Below are positions 7,030-14,753 of a stretch of 55,086 nucleotides of DNA, in pieces (within the stretch, counting starts at the first letter, position 1; every line of letters starts with the position of its first letter). The stretch covers positions 1 to 55,086 of IMG/VR virus record IMGVR_UViG_3300021976_000018; one strand, 5' to 3'. The stretch comes from a virus (lineage: Duplodnaviria > Caudoviricetes). The position numbers and the translations under genes are program-made. A model generated the notes under the pieces. It had not been told where the DNA came from. It ran no database searches and saw nothing but the letters and a program-made list of their open reading frames with translations.

Positions 7030-8498
7030 GCCGGGCTCCACAGGTCGAGCGGTGCGGCGGCGAGCCTGAGGGCGGCCTTCTCGGCCATCGCCTCGTCCGC
7101 TTCGATGCCGATGGCCTTGTAGCCGGCCTCGCGGGCAGCGACGAGCGTGGAGCAGGACCCAGCGAACGGGTCGAGGACCAGGCCTGGCCGTTCGCTGAGG
7201 GCTAGAGGGCCACCACAGTTCGGACACGACCCGAGACGCCGATCATGCCGTGGCAGTGCGGGCACTGGATCGGCTTCGGCGACGGCTTGGGGATGCGATC
7301 GTGCTCCCGTTTCGGTAAGACCTTCAGGTTCCCTGGCCGGTTGTCGTCCTTGATCTCGTTGAGGTGATGCACCACCTCGTCCGTCCGGAGCGGACGTCCC
7401 AGCACCTCGGCCATCACCAGTCGATGCTCGAAGACGTAGCCCGCCTTGGTCGCCATCGGGTGACCCGGCCGGTAGAGCATCACGTAGCCGGCTTGCGTTC
7501 GCAGCGATGGCTTCCGCTTGCCGCGGCCGATCGTCGGAATCGCGCAACGACGGGAGCAGAACCTGGTCGAGTTCGCCAGTGGTTGAAACGTCGCCCCGCA
7601 CTCCTCGCAGGACTTTGGCTTCAGACGCGCCGCTTGCGCTGCGCACTCCCGCGAGCATGTCCGCTGGGACGGTCGCCCCGTGTGGTTGCGGGCGTGGAAC
7701 TGGCGTCCACAGATCGGGCAGGTCGTCTCCGGCGTCGCTCGCTGGGACGCGCTCTTGCAAGCGTTGTTGCAGAACTTCCTGGGGCCCCGCTTGCCCAGTG
7801 CTGTCGGTAGCCCGCACCACTGGCACCCTCGGTCCTCGCTCACGTCCACAGTCTATGCACTCCAGGACCGACACCACAGGTGGGCAGGCGTAGCGGATGA
7901 GCGGGTCGAGCAGCGCTACCGGCTTTTCGGTGGGGGCGATGGCCCCGCGGCGCCACATGTTGGGGACCTCGAGCACCGAGGGTATGAGCCGGGTGCCGTC
8001 ATCGACCCAGGCGCCCTGGTCGCCGATCTTGCCCATGTGGCGGGCGTGGCCGGCGCCCTGCTTGATCGAGCGGTCGCGTTCCTTGATGCCGACGTGGGTC
8101 CGGGGGGTGTCGTGGTGGATGAGGTTCCAGGCGCCCCGGTACCAGTGCAGGACATGTTCATGCACCCGTCGGAAGCGGTCGGCGGCGAAGCCGGTGCCGT
8201 TCTGCTTGCGCCACACCACGTCCTGGGAGAGGTTCCAGTAGCGGTCGAACTCCGACCCGTGGCGGAGATACATGCGCATGCTGCCGAAGCACCACATGGA
8301 GCGGGTGACGTCCGCGACCAGTGGGAGCCAGCCGTCGGGCCAGACATCCCACAGCAGCGACGTCTCACCGTAAGGGGGGTCGGTGACGCAACAGTCGGGT
8401 TCGATACCGACCCCGGGCCGCCCGAGCTCGGGCAGCACCTCGCGCATGTCCCCCAGGTACAGGGTCACCTTGTCGTCGGTGTAGTACGGGACCGTCAC
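7026..8498 (-). CDS. Beta-class N6A/N4C DNA methyltransferase with an insertion of about 230 aa
   Basis: VTLYLGD, VTDPPY, VVWRK, HE, PTEKPV.LL..LIRYACPP, then an insertion, then GLVLDPFAGS.STLVAA...GYKAIGIE. Confidence 0.9.
   Translation of the reverse strand: MTVPYYTDDKVTLYLGDMREVLPELGRPGVGIEPDCCVTDPPYGETSLLWDVWPDGWLPLVADVTRSMWCFGSMRMYLRHGSEFDRYWNLSQDVVWRKQNGTGFAADRFRRVHEHVLHWYRGAWNLIHHDTPRTHVGIKERDRSIKQGAGHARHMGKIGDQGAWVDDGTRLIPSVLEVPNMWRRGAIAPTEKPVALLDPLIRYACPPVVSVLECIDCGRERGPRVPVVRATDSTGQAGPQEVLQQRLQERVPASDAGDDLPDLWTPVPRPQPHGATVPADMLAGVRSASGASEAKVLRGVRGDVSTTGELDQVLLPSLRDSDDRPRQAEAIAANASRLRDALPAGSPDGDQGGLRLRASTGDGRGAGTSAPDGRGGASPQRDQGRQPAREPEGLTETGARSHPQAVAEADPVPALPRHDRRLGSCPNCGGPLALSERPGLVLDPFAGSCSTLVAAREAGYKAIGIEADEAMAEKAALRLAAAPLDLWSPA
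7202..7849 (-). CDS. HNH endonuclease (HNH_3 type, N-terminal CxxC repeats) nested in the +1 frame of the methyltransferase
   Basis: GYV..Y.PGHP.A...GYVFEHRLVM...LGRPL..DEVVHHLN..KDDNRP.NL; three CxxC...C(S/N)xxC units. Start is GTG 7849 or 7843. Confidence 0.9.
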   Translation of the reverse strand: MDVSEDRGCQWCGLPTALGKRGPRKFCNNACKSASQRATPETTCPICGRQFHARNHTGRPSQRTCSRECAAQAARLKPKSCEECGATFQPLANSTRFCSRRCAIPTIGRGKRKPSLRTQAGYVMLYRPGHPMATKAGYVFEHRLVMAEVLGRPLRTDEVVHHLNEIKDDNRPGNLKVLPKREHDRIPKPSPKPIQCPHCHGMIGVSGRVRTVVAL

Positions 8499-8500
8499 CG

Positions 8501-8530
8501 TTGACTCCTGCGAACAGTTGTTCGTAACCT
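8501..8530 (+). promoter_or_regulatory. SigA-type promoter with a LexA (SOS) box in the spacer
   Basis: TTGACT (8501-8506), 18 nt, TAACCT (8525-8530), 6 nt, ATG. CGAAC-AGTT-GTTCG at 8511-8524. Confidence 0.8.
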
Positions 8531-8536
8531 CGGCTC

Positions 8537-8830
8537 ATGCTGCTGTGGGAGGAGGAGCATTGGGGCGGCTCGTGGCGGGGCCACGACGGCGGCTGGGTTG
8601 CCGCCCACGTGGTGCCGGCGTCGGATGGCAGGTGGCTGCCGGTGGTCCACAACGACCGGATCGGTGACGTCACGTACGGGACCCTCGACGGGGCGAAAGC
8701 TGCGGCCGAGGCCGCGCACGCTCTGCTCCCGCCGCCCGTCCCCTACAAAGCCCCGGAGCGCTACAAGCGGCCGGTGCCCAACGCACCCATCCGGGTACCG
8801 CACCCTGGGGCCACGAAGAGGCCGCAGTGA
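8537..8830 (+). CDS. Probably SOS-inducible small protein, candidate antirepressor
   Basis: 97-aa ORF with protein-like composition, opposite to the surrounding operon, directly behind the LexA-box promoter. Confidence 0.7.
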   Translation: MLLWEEEHWGGSWRGHDGGWVAAHVVPASDGRWLPVVHNDRIGDVTYGTLDGAKAAAEAAHALLPPPVPYKAPERYKRPVPNAPIRVPHPGATKRPQ

Positions 8831-8832
8831 GG

Positions 8833-9132
8833 TCAGCACGACACCCACCGGCCCTCGGTGATGAAGCCGTGGAGCCCGCAGTCAGGGCACAGGATCGAAG
8901 GGGTGACCGTCAGCGGATCCTCGGCAACGATCGTGTGGCCATCGGCGAGGCGGAGCGCGGGGGCGCAGATGATCTGCACGCCACCGATGACCTTGCACTT
9001 GTGCTCGATCCTGCACGTGCCGTCGTCGTAGAACAGCGCCCGGACCGACGATTCTCCGGGCCAGGGGCGGGTACAGATCGAGCGGCCCCACCCGGGCTCA
9101 ACGAGGAACGCGCTCTCATGCGGCTCACTCAC
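8833..9132 (-). CDS. DUF6527-like small Cys/His protein
   Basis: TVTPSILCPDCGLHGFITEGRW. Confidence 0.65.
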   Translation of the reverse strand: MSEPHESAFLVEPGWGRSICTRPWPGESSVRALFYDDGTCRIEHKCKVIGGVQIICAPALRLADGHTIVAEDPLTVTPSILCPDCGLHGFITEGRWVSC

Positions 9133-9394
9133 CGGTCGTCTCCGTGGTGGCTCCCCCAGCAGGGTTGGGCTCCTGGGCGACCTCGTACTCGGTCAGCACG
9201 AACATCACCCGGCGGCCGTTGGCGGACGTCACCGGCCCAACGCGGGCGACCTCGTAGGTAGGTGATTCGCCCAGCAGGGTCATCCACTCGACCACCCAGG
9301 TGTTCACGACCAGGTGGCGCACCTGGTCGGGCAGCCCGGGGGGCGTCATGCGCTCAACCAGCGCCCGCACCTGCTCACGGTCGACCGCGCTCAC
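9125..9394 (-). CDS. Hypothetical protein
   Basis: ORF track; GAGG RBS. Confidence 0.55.
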   Translation of the reverse strand: MSAVDREQVRALVERMTPPGLPDQVRHLVVNTWVVEWMTLLGESPTYEVARVGPVTSANGRRVMFVLTEYEVAQEPNPAGGATTETTGE

Positions 9395-9428
9395 GATGTC
9401 GACACCTCGGCTCTCCCCCAGCAGGCGG

Positions 9429-9893
9429 TCACGTAGGGGCCTGACCCGTCAGCTCGGGTGCGGTGTCGAAGAGGGTCGGCTCGACGGCGACCACCTCAGC
9501 GGGTTGGGCGGAAGTGTCGGGTGTCACTGCGTCGGGGAGCCATCCGTCGGTGGCGCCCGACCAGCACGGACCACCGGCGCCGGCGGCGTGGGCGAGGACC
9601 CGGCGTTCGTCGGCCCCACGTGCCCGGCCGAGGCGCTTGAGGTTGTGGTGAAGGCAGGAAGCGGCAGCGCTCCACAGGGTGCGGTACCGGTCTGCTTCGC
9701 GGACGGCCTCCGCGGTGCGGCGGGCCTCGGACTCCACCTTGATGGCATCGATGCCGTGTTGGGCGACCAGCCATGCCAGTAGGGCGACGGCGTCAGCGGG
9801 GGTGTTCGTCACCAGGTCGGCGGACCTGGTCCGCAACTCGTCGGTGGGCAGGCTCGTCCACTCGGCTGCCACAGCGGCGGCGAGGACCGTCAC
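9429..9893 (-). CDS. Hypothetical protein
   Basis: GTGA overlap with the upstream stop. Confidence 0.5.
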   Translation of the reverse strand: MTVLAAAVAAEWTSLPTDELRTRSADLVTNTPADAVALLAWLVAQHGIDAIKVESEARRTAEAVREADRYRTLWSAAASCLHHNLKRLGRARGADERRVLAHAAGAGGPCWSGATDGWLPDAVTPDTSAQPAEVVAVEPTLFDTAPELTGQAPT

Positions 9894-10114
9894 CGGTTGA
9901 CCTCGAAGCGGATAGGCCACACCCACGACAGGTAGCGGTTGCCGACCTTGAGCCAGCAGCCGATGATGTGCCGGCCCGATCGGCCGGGGCGGTCACCGAG
10001 ACGGTTGAGGTGCAGGCCGGCAGGCATCAGGCCGAACCGGTCCTGTCTGTAGCTGAATCGGCCCAGCGGGCGGGACCGGTGGCGCTGGCGGGGGGTGGCT
10101 AGCTGGACCCTCAC
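9890..10114 (-). CDS. Hypothetical protein
   Basis: GTGA overlaps at both ends. Confidence 0.45.
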   Translation of the reverse strand: MRVQLATPRQRHRSRPLGRFSYRQDRFGLMPAGLHLNRLGDRPGRSGRHIIGCWLKVGNRYLSWVWPIRFEVNR

Positions 10115-10521
10115 GTCGCACCATCCCGCGTGGTGGTGGTCTCCTTGCGTCGAACCCGGCGCGTCCCGCGCCGACGCTCGGTGTCGGTACGACACGCAGC
10201 GCACCGCCGGTACCGGTCACATGGACGCTGGCGCTCCTGGTCCGCCCACCGGTGCCCGTTGCCACAGGTCTCCTGGGCGCTATCCCAGTCAGGCCACAGC
10301 AGGGACGGGTGAATGCCGAGCCGAGTGGCGGCCGTGTCGGCGCTGGCCGGGCTCATCCGGCGGTTCCCGAGGCGCCACTGACTCACCGCCGGCTCCGTCG
10401 CACCGATCTTCTCGGCCATCTCCCGGCACGACGTGCCCGAGGGGAACATCGCCAGGACCGGGCCAGGATCGAACAGCGGGCCGCCTTGGCGCACCGGGCG
10501 GCGCCCGCTCCGGTCACCCAT
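10111..10521 (-). CDS. HTH DNA-binding protein with C-terminal zinc-binding motif
   Basis: SCREMAEKIGATEPAVSQWR...LGIHP..LWP; TCGNGH...RRCAAC. Confidence 0.7.
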   Translation of the reverse strand: MGDRSGRRPVRQGGPLFDPGPVLAMFPSGTSCREMAEKIGATEPAVSQWRLGNRRMSPASADTAATRLGIHPSLLWPDWDSAQETCGNGHRWADQERQRPCDRYRRCAACRTDTERRRGTRRVRRKETTTTRDGAT

Positions 10522-10867
10522 CGTTCTCGTCCTTGCGCGCGGTGGCTCCCCCAGCAGGGTCAGCGGCCTGGCGCTGGTTGAGTCGGGCCTCTAGGTGGTC
10601 GAGTCGCCTGACGATGGCGTTGAGCCGACCGGCCTGGTCCCCGAGTTCGTGAGCGATCGCGGTGACCGGGTGGGGTGCGGCGAGGAGCGCTGCGGCGAGT
10701 GACCGGTAGCTCACCGTCGTCGAGGCGGTCGACAACCCGGTGTCGCTATGTTCAATCGATTGCGACACCGCAGGACCGACAGAGGGACCAGCAGCAGCCT
10801 GTTCTGCTCGCTCGGCTGCGTAGGAGGTGTCGTCGCCCACCGGCGTGATGCCGTACTCGTCAGCCAT
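10514..10867 (-). CDS. Hypothetical protein
   Basis: AAGGAG RBS, ATG 10867. Confidence 0.55.
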   Translation of the reverse strand: MADEYGITPVGDDTSYAAERAEQAAAGPSVGPAVSQSIEHSDTGLSTASTTVSYRSLAAALLAAPHPVTAIAHELGDQAGRLNAIVRRLDHLEARLNQRQAADPAGGATARKDENDG

Positions 10868-11132
10868 CGGTGCTCTCCTTGGTGAGCCTGTACACGGGCC
10901 GCTCGGTCGCGTGCCCGATGCCATCCACACCGGACCACTGGGGACGTCCCTGGCTGGTGTCCCAGACGAACCCGACCCGCTCCAATCCGCCCGCCTCGAT
11001 GGCGAGCTCGGCGTGCAGGTCCCCGGTGAGGGCGTCGAGCACTTTGGCGGCTTGGGTGCTGTGTGGCTGGGTGGGGTCGAGACCGGCGAGCACGTCGCCC
11101 ACGACCCACAGAGCGTCCTCGTAGGCGGTCAC
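10860..11132 (-). CDS. Hypothetical protein
   Basis: ORF track; coupled overlaps. Confidence 0.55.
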   Translation of the reverse strand: MTAYEDALWVVGDVLAGLDPTQPHSTQAAKVLDALTGDLHAELAIEAGGLERVGFVWDTSQGRPQWSGVDGIGHATERPVYRLTKESTDG

Positions 11133-11344
11133 TCGGGGACCTCATCGACCGGTCGTAGGCGGACTTCCCATCGGCAGCCGAGGACGTGCGCCCAGTAGTC
11201 GAGCATCGGCAGACTGACCCCGGTGCGAGTGCCCAGAAACTGGTTGACGTGCTTGGTCGAAGCGCCGGTACGGCGGGCGAACTCGGCCTGCGACAGATCC
11301 TGGCTGGCCATTTCCTCTCCGATGAGGTGAGCGAAGACGCCCAT
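11129..11344 (-). CDS. XRE-family HTH protein
   Basis: LSQAEFARRTGASTKHVNQFL. Confidence 0.75.
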   Translation of the reverse strand: MGVFAHLIGEEMASQDLSQAEFARRTGASTKHVNQFLGTRTGVSLPMLDYWAHVLGCRWEVRLRPVDEVPE

Positions 11345-11361
11345 CAACGGCTCGTGGCGGC

Positions 11362-11754
11362 TCACTGGGTGCCTCCCGGCGGGTCCTCGGTGTCTGGTGG
11401 GGCGGTGTCCTCCACAACGACCACGGCGGTCTGGTGCGGCACATTGAACCGGGCCGTCAGCACCGAGTAGCCCTCGATGGGGACGTCGCCCGTGTTCGTC
11501 ATGTTGCGGTGCGTCGCCTGCATCGTGCGGCCCTTCCACAGCACCTTCGGTTGCGGGGCCTCGGCCTGTGCCTGCGCCAGTCGTTGTTCGTAGCGTGCGG
11601 TCAGCTGCTCCCGTAGTTCGCCCTCGGCGTCCAACTCGGCATCGCACAGGACGTCCATGACGGCGTCGGTGATGCCGTCGAGCGTCGGGACGATGTCGAG
11701 CTGGGAGCCGTACGCCTCCACGGCCGCTCGCACCTGGTCGCGGGTCGGGGTCAT
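11362..11754 (-). CDS. Hypothetical protein
   Basis: ATGA overlap with the upstream stop. Confidence 0.55.
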   Translation of the reverse strand: MTPTRDQVRAAVEAYGSQLDIVPTLDGITDAVMDVLCDAELDAEGELREQLTARYEQRLAQAQAEAPQPKVLWKGRTMQATHRNMTNTGDVPIEGYSVLTARFNVPHQTAVVVVEDTAPPDTEDPPGGTQ

Positions 11755-11945
11755 CGGTCGGCCCACTTCGCCTTGATTGCGTCGGCTTCGCCGTCACGCC
11801 ATGGACGGATGGTGCCGAGGTCGTTAACGTCGAACAGTGCTCCGGGTTCGTGCATCCCGGAGTGCTCCCAGGCGGGGCGCCCACACTCATCGCACGAGCT
11901 GAACGGCTGGCCCATCCACATGAAGCCGTGACTGGACACCGTCAC
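11751..11945 (-). CDS. Small Cys/His protein
   Basis: HGF...CDECGRPAWEH. Confidence 0.55.
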   Translation of the reverse strand: MTVSSHGFMWMGQPFSSCDECGRPAWEHSGMHEPGALFDVNDLGTIRPWRDGEADAIKAKWADR

Positions 11946-12397
11946 GCCGGCACCCCCTCAGCCAGTGCGGGTACCCGCCACTCCCCGAGGTACGCGGCCA
12001 TGTCGACTTCGGCGGTCTGGTCCGCCATCGCGGCGATGTCGCCGGGGGTCGGGTAGGCGAGGTCGGGGACGTCGTCGGGGAGTGGCTCCCACGCCCAAGC
12101 GGGTGGCGGTCCCGGGTTGAAGTTGGCCGGGGTGTCGAGTCCGAGGTGCTGTTCCGCCGTCAGCTGGGTGCCGACGAGCACGCTGTTCTCCCAGCGGAGC
12201 TGCATGAGCTCGCGGTCGCGGGCCCGTCCGTTGCGTTGTTCGGCTTGGAGGTCGATGCGGACCTGCCGGTACTTCGACCCCAAGCTGCTGTTGGCGACAG
12301 CGAGGGCGGCGCAGACGCCGATGGCGAGGACAGCGACCGTGTAGGCGTAGAGGGTCTCGATGTCGTTGTGGGTGATGAAGTCGATGGGGTCGCTCAT
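11942..12397 (-). CDS. Membrane-anchored hypothetical protein
   Basis: One hydrophobic helix followed by a coiled coil. Confidence 0.55.
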   Translation of the reverse strand: MSDPIDFITHNDIETLYAYTVAVLAIGVCAALAVANSSLGSKYRQVRIDLQAEQRNGRARDRELMQLRWENSVLVGTQLTAEQHLGLDTPANFNPGPPPAWAWEPLPDDVPDLAYPTPGDIAAMADQTAEVDMAAYLGEWRVPALAEGVPA

Positions 12398-12759
12398 CGT
12401 TCCGTTCCAGTGGTGGGGTCGTCGCTGGGCGATGGGTAGGAGGTGGCATCGGTATCGCTGGCCATCCACACGCCGAGGACGCAGATGACGCCGTTGCCTG
12501 CGAGCACCGCGACCCAGCCGATGTTCGGGTCACGGACGAGGCCGATGGTCGACAGCGCAGCGAGGACGCTGCCGCTGGCCATCAGCAGCCGGCCGAGCCA
12601 CAGCACCACAGCGGGTCCGTAGCGGTCGACCAGGTCCTGTGGCTGGTTGCACCACGGGCAGTGCTCGGCGCCTACGGACCCGTCGTCGGGGTCAGGACCG
12701 AAGTCGCCCCAGTCGAGGGTGCGGCCATGCGGGCACTCGGTCGGCAGGGTGCGACTCAT
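12394..12759 (-). CDS. Membrane protein with N-terminal Cys motif
   Basis: CPHG...CPWC followed by two hydrophobic helices. Confidence 0.55.
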   Translation of the reverse strand: MSRTLPTECPHGRTLDWGDFGPDPDDGSVGAEHCPWCNQPQDLVDRYGPAVVLWLGRLLMASGSVLAALSTIGLVRDPNIGWVAVLAGNGVICVLGVWMASDTDATSYPSPSDDPTTGTER

Positions 12760-12820
12760 CGCTTGCCGATGCCGGCGTGGCCGTGGTCGCACGTGAAGTG
12801 CCACAGCACAGGGACGCCGC

Positions 12821-13204
12821 TCACCACAACCTCCGCAGGTAGGTCGGGGGCTGGGGCAGCTCGGGGATGTCGTCCTCGGCTGCCCAGTCGTACTGCTCGA
12901 CGTCGCCCTCCGGGTGCTCACCAGAGATGCGCTGCTCCAGTTGCTGCGCCGAGAACGCCACGTCCATCGCGCCCTCCACGGCGGCGTCCTTGCGCTGGTA
13001 CACCAGCTCCAGGTCGGCGCGGCGGTCACCGAGGATGAGGCCGCACACGAACCCAACGACGAGCCCCACGCACACGGTCGTGGGCCACGGCCAAGTCATG
13101 AACGTCATCCACAGCACGGCGACCAGCAACAGGGCAGTGGCGCAGGCGGCAGCGACCACGAGCGTCTTCGTTGCCCTCGGTGGGGGTCTGCGGATGGCGG
13201 TCAT
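12821..13204 (-). CDS. Membrane protein
   Basis: Two hydrophobic helices; ATG 13204. Confidence 0.55.
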   Translation of the reverse strand: MTAIRRPPPRATKTLVVAAACATALLLVAVLWMTFMTWPWPTTVCVGLVVGFVCGLILGDRRADLELVYQRKDAAVEGAMDVAFSAQQLEQRISGEHPEGDVEQYDWAAEDDIPELPQPPTYLRRLW

Positions 13205-13371
13205 GTCTCGACCTGCCACAGCACCGTGAACCGGACGGGCACCGTCGCCGGGCCGATCTGTCCGAAGCCCTCGCAGTCCTCGGCTCGATGCGGGCCTTCG
13301 TGGTCGCTGTTCTGGACGCAGTACAACAGGGTGTCCTCGTCGTAGGTAAACGAATCGACGCACTGGGCCAT
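13201..13371 (-). CDS. Hypothetical protein (56 aa)
   Basis: Translated by hand: MAQCVDSFTYDEDTLLYCVQNSDHEGPH...; AAGGAG RBS. Confidence 0.5.
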   Translation of the reverse strand: MAQCVDSFTYDEDTLLYCVQNSDHEGPHRAEDCEGFGQIGPATVPVRFTVLWQVET

Positions 13372-13646
13372 CAGGCCAGCTCCTTGCCTTCGAGGTCGTG
13401 TTCAACAACGAACGGGCCGGGTCCGCCGTCGGGGTGCTGGCAGATGTTGACGATGTGCCCGCACACCTCACATCCGACGACGCCGGCGATGACGTCCTTC
13501 CGGGCCACCCGGCCGAGCGAGCCCGGGCAGCGGGTATCGAGACGCTGCAGCCGGGTGGATGGGCGCGGTGGGCGGCCGGTCACGAACTCGATGGCGAGAG
13601 CGCGGACGGTCGGCCAGTGGCGGCGCACCACAGTCGAGGCGGTCAC
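13371..13646 (-). CDS. Hypothetical protein
   Basis: GTGA overlap; CPGS...CEVCG. Confidence 0.5.
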   Translation of the reverse strand: MTASTVVRRHWPTVRALAIEFVTGRPPRPSTRLQRLDTRCPGSLGRVARKDVIAGVVGCEVCGHIVNICQHPDGGPGPFVVEHDLEGKELA

Positions 13647-14251
13647 GATGCACCTTCGAACAGGGTGGGTTCGTGGGCCCAGCGGAGCCAGCGCAGGAGT
13701 TGGGGGAGGTTGTGGTCCGGGCCGAAGGCGAGGAACGTGCCGTCGACGGAGTCGCAGCCGAGCGCAGCGGCGTAGCGGAGGCGGCGTAGCGAGTTGACGC
13801 GGCCCATGTGCACCCACAGTCCGCGGGCCTTGGCCTCAGCGACGAGAGCGCGTGCCTCAACCCCGAGCTTCCACGGGGTGTCGCCACCGATGAACACGGC
13901 CGAGCACGGGGGGAAGGAGGTGGCGCCGTTCTGGAGGACGTAGGCCGTGCGGTAGCCGCGGTTGCGGGCGGCGCCGTGCCAGCGTGCCCAGCGTTCGTTC
14001 GTGGCTTGGGCGTCGGCCACTACGTCGGGGACGACCACGAAGAGGCAGTCGGCGGCCAGGTGCTGATGGCGGTCGAGGGTGGCGAGCCAGCGTTCCGGGG
14101 TCCAGCGTGCGGCGAAGCAGCCGTTGTCGATCGCCCACCGGGTGCCGTCGACGACCCGGTTGCCGGCGTCGGGGGTAACCATCTGGCCGAGAAGTCCGGT
14201 GGCCATGGCGTCACGTACCTGCGGGCCGGAGGCTGTGGCGAGGTACAGCAC
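13643..14251 (-). CDS. Minimal tRNA-guanine-transglycosylase-fold (TGT/DpdA-like) protein
   Basis: Motifs DNGCF, PDVV, VLQ, IGG, VHMG and DSVDGT match the order of TGT/DpdA DSGGF, D, VQG, GG, HxLG and DSxD. It lies next to a VUT transporter. Confidence 0.65.
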   Translation of the reverse strand: MLYLATASGPQVRDAMATGLLGQMVTPDAGNRVVDGTRWAIDNGCFAARWTPERWLATLDRHQHLAADCLFVVVPDVVADAQATNERWARWHGAARNRGYRTAYVLQNGATSFPPCSAVFIGGDTPWKLGVEARALVAEAKARGLWVHMGRVNSLRRLRYAAALGCDSVDGTFLAFGPDHNLPQLLRWLRWAHEPTLFEGAS

Positions 14252-14753
14252 GACGTGCCCACCAGACGAGGGGCCAGGCGACGGCGACCATGACCACCTT
14301 GCCGACGACGTTGCCGGTCAGGTGGTCGAGGCTCCCGAAGGCCAGCGTGAGGAACAGGGCGGAATCGACGACCGCGCCGACCGTGTTGGACAGCGCAACG
14401 GCTGAAGGCCAGTGGCGGCGTCGGAGAGGCTCGTACACAGCAAGGTCGGCCAGTTCGCTGTCAGCGAACGCCAGGGCCGAGGCGACAGCGATCGGGGCGT
14501 GGCCGCCGGGGATGCGGTCGGCGTCCTCGATCACGTACGACAGCAGCGCCCCGGCGGCGATGCCGGCCAGCACCAGGCGTCGGCCACCCCGCTCATGCAG
14601 GGCGTCACGGAGACCGAACGCCAGCCCGGCGAAGTACACCCCAGCCGGGGCTTCCAGCCCGAAGCCGATGGGGACGATGCCGTAGCGGGCGAGCGCCCAG
14701 TTGGCGCCGGCCACCGTGGCGACAAACGCGGCGAACAGGATGAGGCGGGTCAC
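14211..14753 (-). CDS. VUT/YhhQ-family (queuosine precursor) transporter
   Basis: Hydrophobic; AN...G..F.LRD..HE..G...ASALAF..SEL.D..VY...SNTVG..VDS.LF..LAFG...GK. Confidence 0.85.
   Translation of the reverse strand: MTRLILFAAFVATVAGANWALARYGIVPIGFGLEAPAGVYFAGLAFGLRDALHERGGRRLVLAGIAAGALLSYVIEDADRIPGGHAPIAVASALAFADSELADLAVYEPLRRRHWPSAVALSNTVGAVVDSALFLTLAFGSLDHLTGNVVGKVVMVAVAWPLVWWARRAVPRHSLRPAGT

Larger units (their letters stand above)
9146..10560. repeat. 20-bp direct repeat GGTGGCTCCCCCAGCAGGGT at 9146-9165 and 10541-10560, partial copy at 9413-9425
   Basis: Read directly; the copies lie at or just past gene 3' ends. Confidence 0.8.

Noticed and set aside
7190-7880. Group I intron or intein as the explanation for the methyltransferase insert
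   Set aside because: The HNH ORF fills essentially the whole insert, leaving no room for a ribozyme core, and the host frame lacks intein blocks and a terminal His-Asn. Judged by eye; RT-PCR would settle it.
8495-8848. 117-aa minus-strand ORF continuing the operon
   Set aside because: Arg-rich with no motif; the plus-strand ORF has a clear promoter and a more protein-like sequence.
12756-12824. 22-codon ORF MSGVPVLWHFTCDHGHAGIGKR coupled at both ends
   Set aside because: Possibly a truncated gene remnant, but too short to assign.
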